Shown: positions 1-42,228 of the stretch, piece by piece
Layout of the letters: every line of letters starts with the position of its first letter
How positions within the stretch are numbered: position 1 is the stretch's first letter
From: Paraspadella gotoi
Taxonomy: Eukaryota > Animalia > Chaetognatha
Direction: 5' to 3'
NCBI GenBank assembly: GCA_051294375.1
Contig: CM119266.1
Span: 11,943,180 to 12,007,053 of the forward strand
DNA length: 63,874 nucleotides
Translations under genes and position numbers: made by a program
The notes under the pieces: generated by a model
What the model saw: the letters and a program-made list of their open reading frames with translations, nothing else
What the model was told of the DNA's origin: nothing
Database searches by the model: none

Positions 1-426
1 CCACCGACAACTACGTAGATTGATTTGTTGGCCCTTGTGAAATGCTTACTCTTATTTCAATTTTAAAGTCACAACACATCACGCGACATCAATCCACTCC
101 ACTCCACTCCACGCCACTCTACGCCACTTCACGCCATTCCACGCCGATCCTCACAGAAAACTCTGACTTTTTCCCTTTTTGTTCTCCAGGTGTTTTGATC
201 GATTGTTCGTCTCAATTGAAAAATCAGGTCAGGATTTCTCTTTCAATTCAATATTTTTTCTTCCGTTGATTTATCGACGTACAACGATTCCCCTCTGGAG
301 AAAAAGGGAAAGATAAATCTAAATCTTGCGCTTTTAAATCTGAAAACAAATCTTCGACTTTTTTTCTTATTTTCATTTTCTTAAGGTGAGACCAGATGCA
401 GGGGAACGTTACCTCCCCTTTTTTCT

Positions 427-522
<96 letters not shown>

Positions 523-1018
523 ACACACCCCCTCTCTCTCCCTCTCTCTCTCTCCCATCTCTCTCTTTCAAAAACACCACCTTGGTCGGTCTGTGTTTTT
601 TATCTCGCCAAGGCCGAAGGAAAGAAGAGAAAAGGAGATAAAGAAAAAGAACGAGACAGAGAGAGAGTCATTTCTGCAAATATGATAAGAATGAGTTGAG
701 AATTTTATGTAAATGGGATCGGCGCTTGAAAATTATTCAACAAGGTGTTCTCTCCTCGCTGGTCGTTGACCAGAGGTCATATTAGGGGGGGACCTGGGGG
801 AGGGAGACGGCGGCGAATTGCAGTCATTGATCCTGTAACGTAATTTGTATAAAAGTTGAACTCTCACAACATGTAATGATTACTGAATTTCGATAATGAC
901 AAAATTTAATTTGCTTCTATAAAGGTCAATAACTTCAAGAATCCTCATTATTAAGCGGGAAAGGTAAAAAAGCAATAAAGTAGAATCGAAAGAAAATGTT
1001 AGAAGGTCAGTGACCCAA

Positions 1019-1118
<100 letters not shown>

Positions 1119-3097
1119 CGGCTCTACGGTTCGAAAGACGTCGACACGCCAGGTCGTAATGAAAGAGAAGTGTTGAAAGAGAGAGAGCGAGAGAATGTTT
1201 AGTGTTTACTCGCGGGATTAATCCGGTTTCAGAGAAAAAGTATTCTAAAGTCGCCAGGAAAGAGAATCTGGGTCGTAAGCTGCAGATTCCCGCTTGAAAA
1301 TATTGTTGAAACGAGGTCACGTAAATGGAAGCCGTGAAAGAGCGTGAAAGCACCTAGGGAAGCAGATGCAAGCTTGATAAAACGAGAGGAGCTTTTAAAC
1401 GCCTCTAGCTTGAAAATTTCCTAGAGCCGTTGACCTATGCAAGCTTGAATACATTTGGTCGCCCTTGAAAGCAATAGATAAGAGGACTTGACGATGCTTG
1501 CAAACTATGTACGTGGGGCCGTTACAAACGAATAAAAGAATGGTTAAGTAATAAGTAAGGAGCGGGTCCTCTTTGTGAAACCCCGAGATACGAAAAATTA
1601 AGCTAATTAATGGCATTGAATGGAGTGAAGGCTTTGCAGCCGTTTCCATCGCGACCTTGAAAGTTGTGGAGGAACAAAAACGACGGCGGCTCACAATTAT
1701 TGATTTGCTGGACTCGTCGATGGTGTAACAAAAAGTTCATTTCAGCTGAGCGCCATTTAGTGAGATTGTTCACGGAAACATATTTTTATATGTATGACAT
1801 TTTGTCAAATGAATTTTTTAATATGTTCAAAAAAGAGCTTAATTTAAGGCCGGTACAGATATTTAAAGGTAAAACCCCTAGTGAACCGGACATGGCGTGA
1901 AGACCTTGCTGAGAACCATGTTCGAAAAGAGAGAAAATCACACGAGAAGCTTAAAACTCTCAAAAAACTTGAAAGATAATTAAGTGGTCTCTTTCTCAAT
2001 ACCACAAGTACCTCTTCAACGGAATAATAATCGCAACGAATTTTTTTTTTTCTCTCTTCTTCAAGAGGTTCCCCTTATCGGGAGCCGCTATTGTAGAGGA
2101 ATCCTCAGAACAAAAGCCCAACGACGAACAGTCTTTCTGCAACAGCGAAAAATATCGATTTCTGTTGGTCCCTTTTGTGTCGCTGTGATTTATACATCAG
2201 TTTTCGACCTCGTCATCTTTTTTTCTTTTTTTTTTCGGCCACTTTTTTTCCTCTTGGTTCTCTTTCTTTATATTCTTCTTCTCTTTCTTCATCTCCTTCT
2301 TGGTCTTCTTCTTTCTTTCTCTTCTTCTCCTCCCTCCGTTCCTCCGTCTCTCCTCAAAGTCCCGATCCTCTCACATCGGCCGCACTCACAGTCTCACGGC
2401 TCTCTTGTGATCCAGCCCTGGACTCGCTCGGCCTTGATAATTAAAAGAAGAGGCAGAGAACTTCTCCATTTTTCTTGTTTCTCGCGAAAGACATTAGAGG
2501 CGCTTCGGTCCTTGAGACGCTTTTTGCGCGCGCGCGCCGCCGTGGTTCGTTACGTTGTTCTCAGAGCCGCCTTTGTCGTCGTTGTTGTCCATTTTGCCTG
2601 GGATTTTTCGTTCTTGCCTTTATCCGTGGTGAAAAAGGAATGAGGTTGATTTCCGTGAAACTAGTTCGTACCTTACTTTTTTCTCACTTGAATTCCTCTA
2701 AATATTTTTACCTACATACGTAGCGAACATATCGCAATGCCCGCTACACATACTTGCCTAATTTCACTAATCATCAACCTGGGATTCATCCGCACAGCCT
2801 TCGGTTTCACAATTCACATCCAACACGGAATAATCCTCCAATATCTCAATGTCAATCATTTTCCCAAAGTTAATCAACATATTTTCTCTATGAAAATCCT
2901 TTCATAAACGAGAGCGGTTTCCTGTACACATCTCCTCTGTCTTTCCTTTCTACTGTCTGGAGCCCAGAGAGAGATAAGAGAGATTTATGGAAAAGATGTT
3001 TTCCAGCTTTTTTCACTCTCGCTCAATCTTCTTCCTCACTTTCTCCCTTGATCTCTCTCTCTCACTCACTCACTCACTCACTCACTCACTCACTCAC

Positions 3098-3164
<67 letters not shown>

Positions 3165-3529
3165 CGTTTCAATATCTCTCAATCGGAGCTTTTTCACCAG
3201 CTTACTCTTTCTCGAAAAAAAAACTTTCCTTTTAAAGGAAACTTCTCTCCGGAACTTATGATGCATGACGAAAGAAATGACACAGAAGAGCAGAAAAAAA
3301 ACAGAAATAAAACTATTAGTTTTCTTTTCTATTTTTTTCCCTAAGGCTGAGGAAAAAATAAGATTCGAGGAAGAGGGGGGAAGAAGGAGTAGAAGAAAGA
3401 GGAGGAAGAGGAGCAAGAGGAGAACGGAGGAAGAGGAGCAACAGCGGGATGGAAAAATATCGTCCGGGAGAAAACAAAAAAAATGCGACTGAGCCGCAGA
3501 AGAGAGAGAGAGAAGAAAGAGAGAGGAGA

Positions 3530-3631
<102 letters not shown>

Positions 3632-4020
3632 GCCCAGCGAAGGATCAAACAAGAAAAAAGCATCCCTCCGGAATAAAGCTAATGCACCGGAACGAAAACA
3701 AAAGTGAGTTTCATCGATTCAACGTCACGTGACAAAAGCATCATTCGCTCGACCGAAAAGAAGTTGTTGTTGTTGTTATTGTTGTCGTGAGACAAAGTTC
3801 ACACGACTGGTGATTTTTTTAGACGAAAAACACGAGAACAAATTTCACCCATGACATTTTCTCTCGGGGATTTTTGTGCTACACGAAATTGTAAAAAAAA
3901 ACGAGAATCTAAAATCGATATTTTGACTGCGGTTTTTTTTTTCCTCTGAAAAGTCTATTCGGTTAAACCACATGAAAAGACTTATCTGCAACGTGATAAA
4001 TGATAGACTGAGAAGAGGGC

Positions 4021-4060
<40 letters not shown>

Positions 4061-4333
4061 TTAACGATATAAATAATCGCGAAAGAAATCAATGGCTCGC
4101 GTCGAATTTCGAGTTTGCGTCAATGAGACAAGGGATCTAATTAACCCCCTCCCTCTCGCCTCTCCCCTACCTACCCTCCCTCTCCCCTCAAAAAAAAATT
4201 AGTTAGGAAATATCGTCATCATCAATTTGCGTCTTTGAAGTTTGAAAAGAACAAATGGATTTTAACCTTGGATTGAATTCGGGTTATTGAGTCTCGAGGT
4301 TCGTATGGTGCAAAGATCTACTGCGCGTTTCCG

Positions 4334-4386
<53 letters not shown>

Positions 4387-6233
4387 GTTCCCGGTCGTTT
4401 CGAGATTCTCGATTGTACATTTCCCTCATTTCGGCGATTCCCATCGTCCTACGCCCTTGCTGCCTTTCCGATCCTTCGGTTATATTTCTCCCACTCTTTT
4501 TTTTTTTTCCCCTTTTCTCGCTATCGGCGATGTCGTCTTGCATTCCGTGTGGTTCTTGTTCTTGTCGTTGTCGTCCTTCAGCAACTCCAGCCTTCCTCGC
4601 GAGTTCGACGACCGACTTCATCCACTTTCACCTCGGATCAACTTCGAGTTCGTCCGATGACCTCCAAAGGCTCTCGCCGTCGCCATGGAGACGAAATCTC
4701 TCGCTGACCGGCGTCTGATCTCTTCTTTTTTATGGGGGGGGGAGTGCCGCGGGGAGGTGGGGGCGAGAAAGGGTCTCACGACTAAATCTCCCCCCAAATC
4801 CTTCACGTCTCCTCACATCCATCATTTGGGTCGACGCGTCCTTCAACGCATCATAGACGCTAACCGGGTCGTCGATCACGCGAAGATCAAATTAACAAGA
4901 TAATTTTATGACCAAAAAAAATGAACAAACTAAAAAAAAAAAAATTATCCAAACGAGTTTTCTAAAATGGATTTCGTCTCATGACCGCGTTTCGATTTTT
5001 TCCTGTCAATGTCCTCGATTTCCTTCCACCGGTTTATCGCTGGAGTTTTTTTTTTTTAACCGAAAGTTTCATTGCACTTAGAGTAATGGAGGAGACATTT
5101 TATAATTGTAAAAAAATTGTAGCTGATGGAATAATGCAGGCTCATTCAACTCATAGCATTGGTAACATTTTCACTTACACGTTGAGAGAATATTAAAAAT
5201 GGAGAACAAAAACCAAATACGATCTTTAATCATGTATCCTATCAGAGTACCTAAAAATTAAATATTATGTATATTCCATTTTAACTTTTATCATTCACAT
5301 CTTCGAAATATTAAACAAATCGAGAACCAAACCGGTAAAAACCGGCATCAGGCAGAGATATCCGCCTGACGAAACCTGTCCGGAATCCGGGCCTCCGGCT
5401 CGAAACTCCTCAACCCGGAACCGACTCCGGTGCCATCTTCGAAACTTGTTTCGCCACTTGACGCGTTGACGTCAATCAGCGCCATCGAACGAGATCTTTT
5501 TCGAAACTCGAAGAACGAGTCTCGACTCGAATTAAGTTACAACAATCTTTTTTTTTTTAAATCCGTTTTCGCCTTTTTTCTTTACTCACTCTTTTTTTTA
5601 TACTGGTTCTCTTTTTTAAACTGGCTCTTTTCAATCATTTCAAAAACGATTCATCATTAAATTGATTGTCGTCATCGTATGATAGATAATTTGTTCACCC
5701 TTTTTTTTACCGGCAGATTTGAGATGCGGATCGGGCGGCCGAATTTAAAAAAAGAACTCACGCCCGAAATCCAGATTAAATCATCGAGAAGTCGCTTAGG
5801 AGAAAATAAGCCCCACCAATAATAGATTAAAAAAAAAACAAAAAAAAACTTTAAAATACTAAAGATAAAACTTAATTAATATTATCCCCAAAAAAATTAT
5901 CCCACCGCGCTTCGCCGACACAAATTTTTATTTTTGGTTCAGAATCTCAACTCTTTCGCACCAACGAATCACAGAATCACAAACCCGCACGCGAAAACGA
6001 ACAAAAAGACATTGAAAGAGGAAAACTTACTCTTCGCCATGGGATGCTCAAATCCTGACTCGAATACTCACCCCAAAGTTTGGGATTGATATTTTGTTTT
6101 TTGGTTGTTTTTTTTCACTTTTTCCGTCGCCATCTTCCTTTTTTAAATTTCGAATCTCTAAAACGCCGCGAGCCGCGAGGCTTTGAATTTGCCAACCCTT
6201 GTCCCTCCCATTTGGCTTCCTTGACTCTTTCTG

Positions 6234-6353
<120 letters not shown>

Positions 6354-6365
6354 CCTCTCTCAAAA

Positions 6366-34930
<28,565 letters not shown>

Positions 34931-34938
34931 ACATTAGC

Positions 34939-35011
34939 GGAGCCGTGGTGTAGTGGTTATCACGTCTGCTTTACACGCAGAAGGTCCCCGGTTCGAGACC
35001 GGGCGGTTCCT
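34939..35011 (+). tRNA. tRNA-Val (TAC)
   Basis: Cloverleaf: acceptor GGAGCCG/CGGTTCC, anticodon arm TCTGC-TTTACAC-GCAGA, T arm CCCGG-TTCGAGA-CCGGG; T-runs downstream. Lies in an intron of the Ig gene. Confidence 0.95.
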
Positions 35012-35101
35012 GAACTTTCTTTTAAATTAAAGTTTTTTCCTCGTCTCTCTGATTTGATGCAGATTTTTTTATTATGACTTGTATTCGACCGCTTTACTAC
35101 A

Positions 35102-35173
35102 AGCAGCGTGGCGCAGTGGGAGCGTGCTGGGCCCATAACCCAGAGGTCGATGGATCGAAACCATCCGCTGCTA
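35102..35173 (+). tRNA. Initiator tRNA-Met (CAT)
   Basis: A1-T72 pair, CTGGG-CCCATAA-CCCAG anticodon arm, ATCGAAA T-loop typical of eukaryotic initiators; oligo-T terminator follows. Confidence 0.97.
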
Positions 35174-35879
35174 TTTTTTTTCATTGTTTTAACGAAACGG
35201 TCACCTTGCATTACTATCTTAAATAATTCTGGATCCCACACATTAAGGAATCTTAATAAATAAGACCAAAGAGGCAATAATAACACTTTTGATCCACCAC
35301 TTTTTACCCTCCCCCCTACCCTTGCCCCGCTTTTATCAAGGACCCCTCGACGTCCGCTACTCCTTACAAATCCGCTGCGACGAATCCGAATCCGTGGACC
35401 CCAACGCCAACAGCGTCTCCTGTCGCCTCTCGGCCAACCCGCCACCGCAGCCGCCCCTCCGCGGTCTTCGCTGGGAGGTGGATCGAGGGAACGGGTTCGA
35501 GCCGCTCGGGCTGGAGCCCCGCGTCGACGCCCTCGAGGATCCGTCGGAAGGCTTCGTCGTGAGGACGACGTTGGATGGCGCGGAAGGGCTGAGGGACCTC
35601 GTCTCGCTGAGGCTCAAGGCGGGGGAAATTTATGGTGAGGGGGTGAAGAATGTAGGGGCCATGGGGCAATGGAGCGATCCTTCGAAAATGGGCGATTTGG
35701 GATAATTTTTGTTCTTCCTTTTGTTCTTTTGTTTTACGACCCTTTTTGTCATAGTTCTTCCTTTTATTTTCTCTGTTTTTACTGTAAAGTCCTGTTTTCC
35801 TGCTAGCTTTCCTTTTATTCTTTGCTGGTTTTATAGCTTGTTATTTTTATTTACTTTTATATTTATTTTTTTCTCTTTT

Positions 35880-35920
<41 letters not shown>

Positions 35921-35921
35921 T

Positions 35922-35958
<37 letters not shown>

Positions 35959-37253
35959 TTCTCTTCCCAACCCATTCACTCACTCACTCCACTTCTCACA
36001 ATCCCCCTCACCCTTCCCCCCCCCAAACCCCATCCAAGGCGAACCCATCTTCCTCTCCCCCGGCCGCAAATCCCAGTCCCACTCTCTCTTCGTCGTCGTC
36101 GTCGTCAATATGCGCCGTCCTCATCGTCGTCGTCGTCGTCGTCTTTCTCGTCGTCGTCGTGATGTACCGGAAGGGGCGGATCTTCAAACCCGCGCAGAAC
36201 ATCGAGATCGAATTGGAAAAGACGAGAGACGAGAATCGACTCTTGACGCAAATGGAGGACAAGGAGACGCCGATGACGACGACGACGACGACGACGTCCG
36301 CGGAAGACGCCGGCGCCAACAACGAAGTTTAAAAAACTTTTAAAACTACAATTTTGGAGAGAAAAAAAACGAAAGCCTCCAACTTTAAAATGTTTATTGT
36401 GAGACTAAAACTCCAAGAGCTTGTAAATCCGTATACTCGATATATTTTTCAGCGTTTATATTGCAAGCTTATTGGCATGAAAGCGCAGGGCAGTTCCCGA
36501 TAGACCCGCCGCTGATCGAGGAAACTTAAATTCTAAAGAGATTCACAATTTTTACACTTTCTTATACCAACTCGTTATAACGCGTTTTTTTTTTTTATTT
36601 TATCCAAAAAAAATTGAGATTTTTATCTGGAATCTAGAAATGAATCGGGATCTTAACGGAAACTTTCAGGGTAAATCGCGTTGGCAAAGTGAAAGACACT
36701 AATAGTGCCTATAATCATTAAAAATACATTGATGACCCAAAGAACCAACTTGGACATTATAATTTTTTTCCCCTCACGTGTCATGTTGTACTTTTTCTTT
36801 TTCTTTGTTACGGGCTTGGGAAAACCCTTTTTCCGATTATATATGTGCCAAACGTTACGTTTTGTTTTATTGTTGAATTTTGATTTGTTTATATATGTAC
36901 CCAATCAAAGTGTTATTTCGTTGAGACTGTTCCGCTTTTCGAACGTTTACAATTTAATTGTTATCATGTTTTCTATCTTGAATGAGCGGATGTTTTTAGT
37001 TTGCGTTGAGTCGTTGACTTTGAAAATAAATCCAAGTTAATTGATAAAGTTTTTATTGGCATCAATTATCACGAATTGAAAGCTATAGACTTTATCAACA
37101 ATGCAGAGGCGCAGACAGTTCAGACAACATCCAAGCTCTATTATTCTAAAAATAGAAATTTGTGCGTCGTTAAAAACGAGAAAAAGGTTTAATTCAAAAG
37201 TAGAAAGAATATTAAAAAAAAATTAATCACGTGATCTCCAGTGTCAGAATTGG

Positions 37254-40200
37254 TCAAAAGAAAACCCAACGAAGGGCATTTCTCATCCGGGTTTTGACCT
37301 CCTTCCTCCACCCGCGCCTCGCCGCCACAAGAAACACGGACAAAAGCAGAAAGGAAAATTTGACGGCTTCAACGCTAAACATCCTGATCACGATGGCAGT
37401 CGTCGTCGTTGTTGTTGTTGCCGCCCCGCCGTCGCTCGAATTATATCCGCAGGATCCCGCCAACGCCTCCCCGGTCGCGACGTCGTCGATGACGATGAGC
37501 GCCGCGAGAAAAGGCAAATAAAGCGGCGCCAACGATAAGACGAGATATAAAGCGGCGCGGGAGGAGACTCGATCGTCGTCGTGGATTTCGTTGTCGTCGG
37601 CGTCGTCGTCGGCGTCGTCGTCGCCGCGTTCAAAGACGGACGTCGCCGTCGGATAATCGACGGGATTTTCCTCGTCGAGAAAAGATGATTCGACGTCTTT
37701 TCTCTCTGTAGTTGTTATGGTTGTTGTCGCCGCCCTCTCCGCCCCGTCAACTCCATCAGCGGCGATTTTTCTGTTTTCTATTTTTTCCTGGGCAACTTCA
37801 GCGCCGTTCCCACCGCCTTTTCCGCCCTCGCCTTCCCCGTCGCCGCTTCCGTCGGCGTTCTGAAGGAGCTTGCTCTGTGAAGTCGAGAGTTCGTTCGATT
37901 TACTCGAAAGCGAAGATTTTTTTCCCAAAAATCCGTTGATGGCGTTGGACGCCATTCGCGTCACGCTCTGGCGGCGCTGCTCCACATCCGGGGGTGTCGA
38001 GGAGTCTTTAGCGCTCATGTCCTCGTACTCTGAATCGCGCTGCTGATTTTCGACCGGCGATGAATCGTTTTCTATCGTCGCTGCCGTCGACGATTCTTGG
38101 TCGCGTTTTTGATCGTTTGTCACAGGTTTTTCACATTCATCTGTCGAAGGCGCCGTCTCCTGCTGCTGCGTAGGCGGCTCCGCCGGAAGCTTCTTCTGCG
38201 GCGCCGGCGGCGGCGAGATCGAAGGCGGCTGCGCCGTCGATTCGTCTTTACCCTCACCGTGTTTCAATCTTCCCCTGGCGCCTTTGGATCGCGCCGGGCG
38301 CGAAGACGCGCTGCGGAATCGAGACATTTTTCCAGATTTGCCGGATTTCTTGGGCGACGGCGCAGTCTTGGACGGATCGGCGTTCGGCGCGGGTTTCACG
38401 CACGATTCCGGCGCCGGTCGTGTCGAGGGCGCCTCCTCTGTCGCCGAGGAAATGCAGAAGCTCGAGAGCGGAACCGCGGATTCGGAGGTGGAGCGGCGAC
38501 TGAAGCCGGTGGAGGCGAGGGGGAGTTCCAAGTTGTTGTGACAATGATGGTCGAAGGCTAAAGAGGAATCAATCAATCAATCAATCCTTCACACATCCCA
38601 CAATTCAATCAATCAATCGCTCATCACCCTTCGGATTGGCGAGTTGCGCTTTCAACGCCTCGACGTCCACTTGGAACTTCTCGACGAAGCTTTCCTCCTT
38701 CTGGATTCCCCTTTTGAGGTCCAACTGTCCCGTCGTCTTGTGACGCCTCTTGAAGCTTTGAAGGAGACGGATCTTGTCGAGGGTGTGGCGAAGTTTGGTC
38801 TTGGTTACCGGACCGCTATAATTTTAAGGTCAATTAAAAATGAAACCTTCAACAAATGAGCAACGCATGATATGTACATTATACAAAATTAAATATAACC
38901 TCGAGTGCGATAGAAACGAGTCTTTTCTTTCTTCTTCTTCGCCTGGATCGGCCGAGGCGGTGGAGGGGATGGTAGATGCTGCTGCGGCGGCGGAGGCGGT
39001 GGTGGTGGTAGAGGCAGCTGATATCGCACGTGCCTCTCGGATAAAGTTGTTCGCCACAGTAAACAGACCAGGTGGCGAGGATGCTCTGTCATTAATGGAA
39101 TAAGCTGGTTTAATCAGTTCGATGTAATGAAGTTTTTGACTATATTAAATTGCATAAAGGTCATTCTGCTCCTTTCTTTGAAAATACGTTTTCTTAATCT
39201 TTTATTATGATTACTTTAAATAGTGAAGAATTAAAGTTATAGATAATATTATCTATACATAGTTTAAGATGTGAATTTATAGTTAAACCGCCAGCGCGTT
39301 ATCTTATTTTGACTTTCCTGTAATATGCAAATGAAAATTGAGGCCATACAAAGATCTGACACTCACTTAGATTTCGACCAAGATTCCCTTCTTCTGTCCG
39401 ACCCCTCGTTCCCGATTGGCGGCGCCACATTGGATCCTCTACGTGACACCGCGTCCGCTTCACTTCCGCGACGGGCAGATGACGCGGTGTCGCTCAGCCG
39501 ACGCGCCGACGCCGCACCGCCGTTCGAATATCGAGCGTCCGCCCGCTTTTGAGGCGTAGCGGCCTCGATCGGGGGCGTGGCGGCGTCGACGACCGTCACG
39601 GCAACGACGGCGCCACCGATGGCAGCAGCGGCAGCGCCTCCTGGCGACTTTTGGCGAAACAAAACAGTTACGACGACGACGACGATGAGAAGGACGAGGA
39701 CGATGGAGGCGGCGGCGACGTCGAAGGCTCGACGACGATCGCCGACGAAGGAAACTGAGTTTCTGTCGAAGCGAAGTTTGATGTACTTTATTGTAAAGTA
39801 ATGGAATGTAATGTAAAGTAATGTAATGTGGAAATTAAAGCGCTTCATATTCTAAATTTCTTCAATCTAAAAAAAACGAACGCCTCTATCCTTACCGACA
39901 TCTATAAACGAGGGCGCCATGTCCGACGATCCAAGCGAAAACGACGCCACCTACGACGCCGATGCCGACGTTGAGTCCTCGATAAACGTCGCTCATCCTC
40001 GGGGCACCCACCGCGCCCTCTTCCTCCGTCGACGCGAGACGCAGCGGCGTTCGTGAGTCCCGGGCGATCGAGTCTTGACGCCTGAGCGACGCCGGCGGCG
40101 CCGTCGCCGCCGATGGCGTCGTCGCCGTCGATCCCTGCGCCGGCGGCGAGCCGTATTGACGCCAGTCGCGGCCCGACGCGGCCAGCGGCGAGGAAAAGTG

Positions 40201-41251
40201 GCGCCGGAGAACGACGCCGGCGAGGAAACGCAGCAGCGCAGTTAACGTGGAATGGACGAACGCGAGACAAACGACGACGTCGACGCGAAATCGAAACAAA
40301 AGGGAAACGAGAGGAGAAGAATTGGAGAAGGAGGCGAAGATTTGGTAGAGGGAGAGGAGGAGGCAGAGGGAGGCTAGGGAGGTGAAGGGGGGGGGGTATG
40401 GGAAGATTAAAAACGATGCTCATTTGTCAATGAAACTTAGCGTTACGGTTAAAGTGCCTCGTTTTAATCTATTTAGAGCCTAATATTAATTTTATCATGA
40501 TATGATATAAAATAATATCATCTTCTACATATAACCTCAAAATTTATTTTTAAAAATTTAATATGTAAAAATTTTCATTATAAATGGATATTACGAAGCA
40601 GCGTGGCGCAGTGGAAGCGTGCTGGGCCCATAACCCAGAGGTCGATGGATCGAAACCATCCGCTGCTAGATCTCAAATCTTATTCTGAAGTCGGTAGTTT
40701 TTTAACGCTAAGGTTTTATTTATAAAGGACTAATCAAGAATTAGAGTGAAAATGTGGTATAAAAAGTTTTTTGCAATTTACGGTACATTTGCCAACATCG
40801 GACTGACGCTGCATCTCAGAGGACCCGCCAATGACAAGAAAAAAACCGACGAAGTCATCGTAAGACAACAACAAGAACAACAAGAACAACAAGAACAACA
40901 AGAACAACAAGAACAACAAGAACAACAAGAACAACAAGAACAACAAGAACAACAAGAACAACAAGAACAACAAGAACAACAAGAACAACAAGAAGAACAA
41001 GAAGAACAAGAAGAACAAGAAGAAGAAGAAGGCTCACCGGCGAACCATAGCAAAAACGGGGTCGACCTCCTTAATCTTTCAACGCCGATCGAAAAGGTAA
41101 GGAATCCTCCGGCGACGACAAAGGTAAGGCTCCCGAGGACAGCGTCGATGCCGGACACGGAATCCACGAGAGCGACCACGGCGGCGTCGAAGGCGCCGCT
41201 CGGAACCGCCGTTGTCGATGAGTTGAGGCTAAGCGTCGGGGCGGCGCACAT
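37254..41251 (-). CDS. Divergent rhodopsin-like (class A) GPCR with a very large ICL3; exons 41251-41038, ~40858-40782, ~40296-39896, 39762-39367, 39085-38900, 38815-38628, 38557-37254
   Basis: Seven hydrophobic segments with degenerate class A landmarks: RLRRSTPFLL after TM1, FADDFVGFFLV (TM2 Asp), KC before TM3, TLTALLRFLAGVV (DRY-like), AWIVG (TM4), LYLPFL (TM6), WRKEV helix-8-like. Introns 3-6 are canonical and phase-consistent; introns 1-2 lack an AG. Confidence 0.62.
40597..40668 (+). tRNA. Initiator tRNA-Met (CAT)
   Basis: Same hallmarks as 35102, with the canonical GGAA D-loop; antisense within intron 2 of the GPCR-like gene. Confidence 0.97.
40866..41030. repeat. 9-bp tandem repeat (CAACAAGAA)n grading into (GAA)n
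   Basis: Seen directly; fills the predicted intron 1 of the minus-strand GPCR-like gene (donor GTGAGC at 41037). Confidence 0.95.
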
Positions 41252-41400
41252 TTCCGTTTTCTATTCTGACTAAACGCGATAGTTTTTTAACATTCCAGGA
41301 TGACGGTGGAAATGGACATCCGTCTATTCTTCGTCTCTTATTCGCCGAAAGCGAGAGAGCAATGATGAACTATAAATGCGCTGCGAGCAAGTTGTCGTTG

Positions 41401-41445
<45 letters not shown>

Positions 41446-42073
41446 TTCTTTCTCTCTCTCAGTCTCGTTCGGGTGAGGCTTAGAAGGAAGGAGCGCGCAC
41501 TACCTGTCTGAAACGTAGTGGATAGCGTCGCTAGTCACGTGACCTGTAGGAAACTTAATTGAGTCTCTGACTTACTCGGCAGAGAAACTGTCAGAGGGCG
41601 CTGCTTCTCGGGTCAAGGAGCACCGGAAAGCCGAATTAATTAGCTTGACTCTTTAATCTTTTTAATGATTTTAGGAATAAAATATTCTAAAAATATGTCT
41701 GAACGCTTTTTTTTAAATATATTTTATTTAAACTGACTTTTTTCTCAACAGATTAGAATACATATTATGTAAGAGAATTAAAAACAATTTTTAGTGACTA
41801 AAATTTTACTAAAAAAAATAAATTTCATTCGCACTTAATTTGAATTCACGTTTCCCTTACCTCTGAAAATTAAGCCTCAGCTTAAAGGTTAAACCCAGCT
41901 GCTCTTCTGCAGCGAAAAGGGTGGGGCTTCCTCGAGATAAAAGTATTTTTCAATTTGAGAAATTCTTGATATTTTGACGGATAGAAACTTTTGCTTGTAG
42001 GCATAGAAATGTGTTTGAGAATTACTTCACTATCAGTCAATATATAACAATCTTACAGGGCCAGTAATTGCGG

Positions 42074-42146
42074 GGAGCCGTGGTGTAGTGGTTATCACGT
42101 CTGCTTTACACGCAGAAGGTCCCCGGTTCGAAACCGGGCGGTTCCT
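42074..42146 (+). tRNA. tRNA-Val (TAC)
   Basis: Identical to the 34939 copy apart from one T-loop base; followed directly by an oligo-T terminator. Confidence 0.95.
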
Positions 42147-42228
42147 TTTTTTTTGAAAAAAAAAATATCAATGGCTGCAAGGGAGGCCTTTATATTTTAT
42201 CTTGTTTTCCCTCGACTTCCACAGCTAG

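Noticed and set aside
40866-41030. CRISPR-like or metallothionein-like repeat
   Set aside because: Spacerless 9-bp tandem repeat in a eukaryotic intron; no cas genes.
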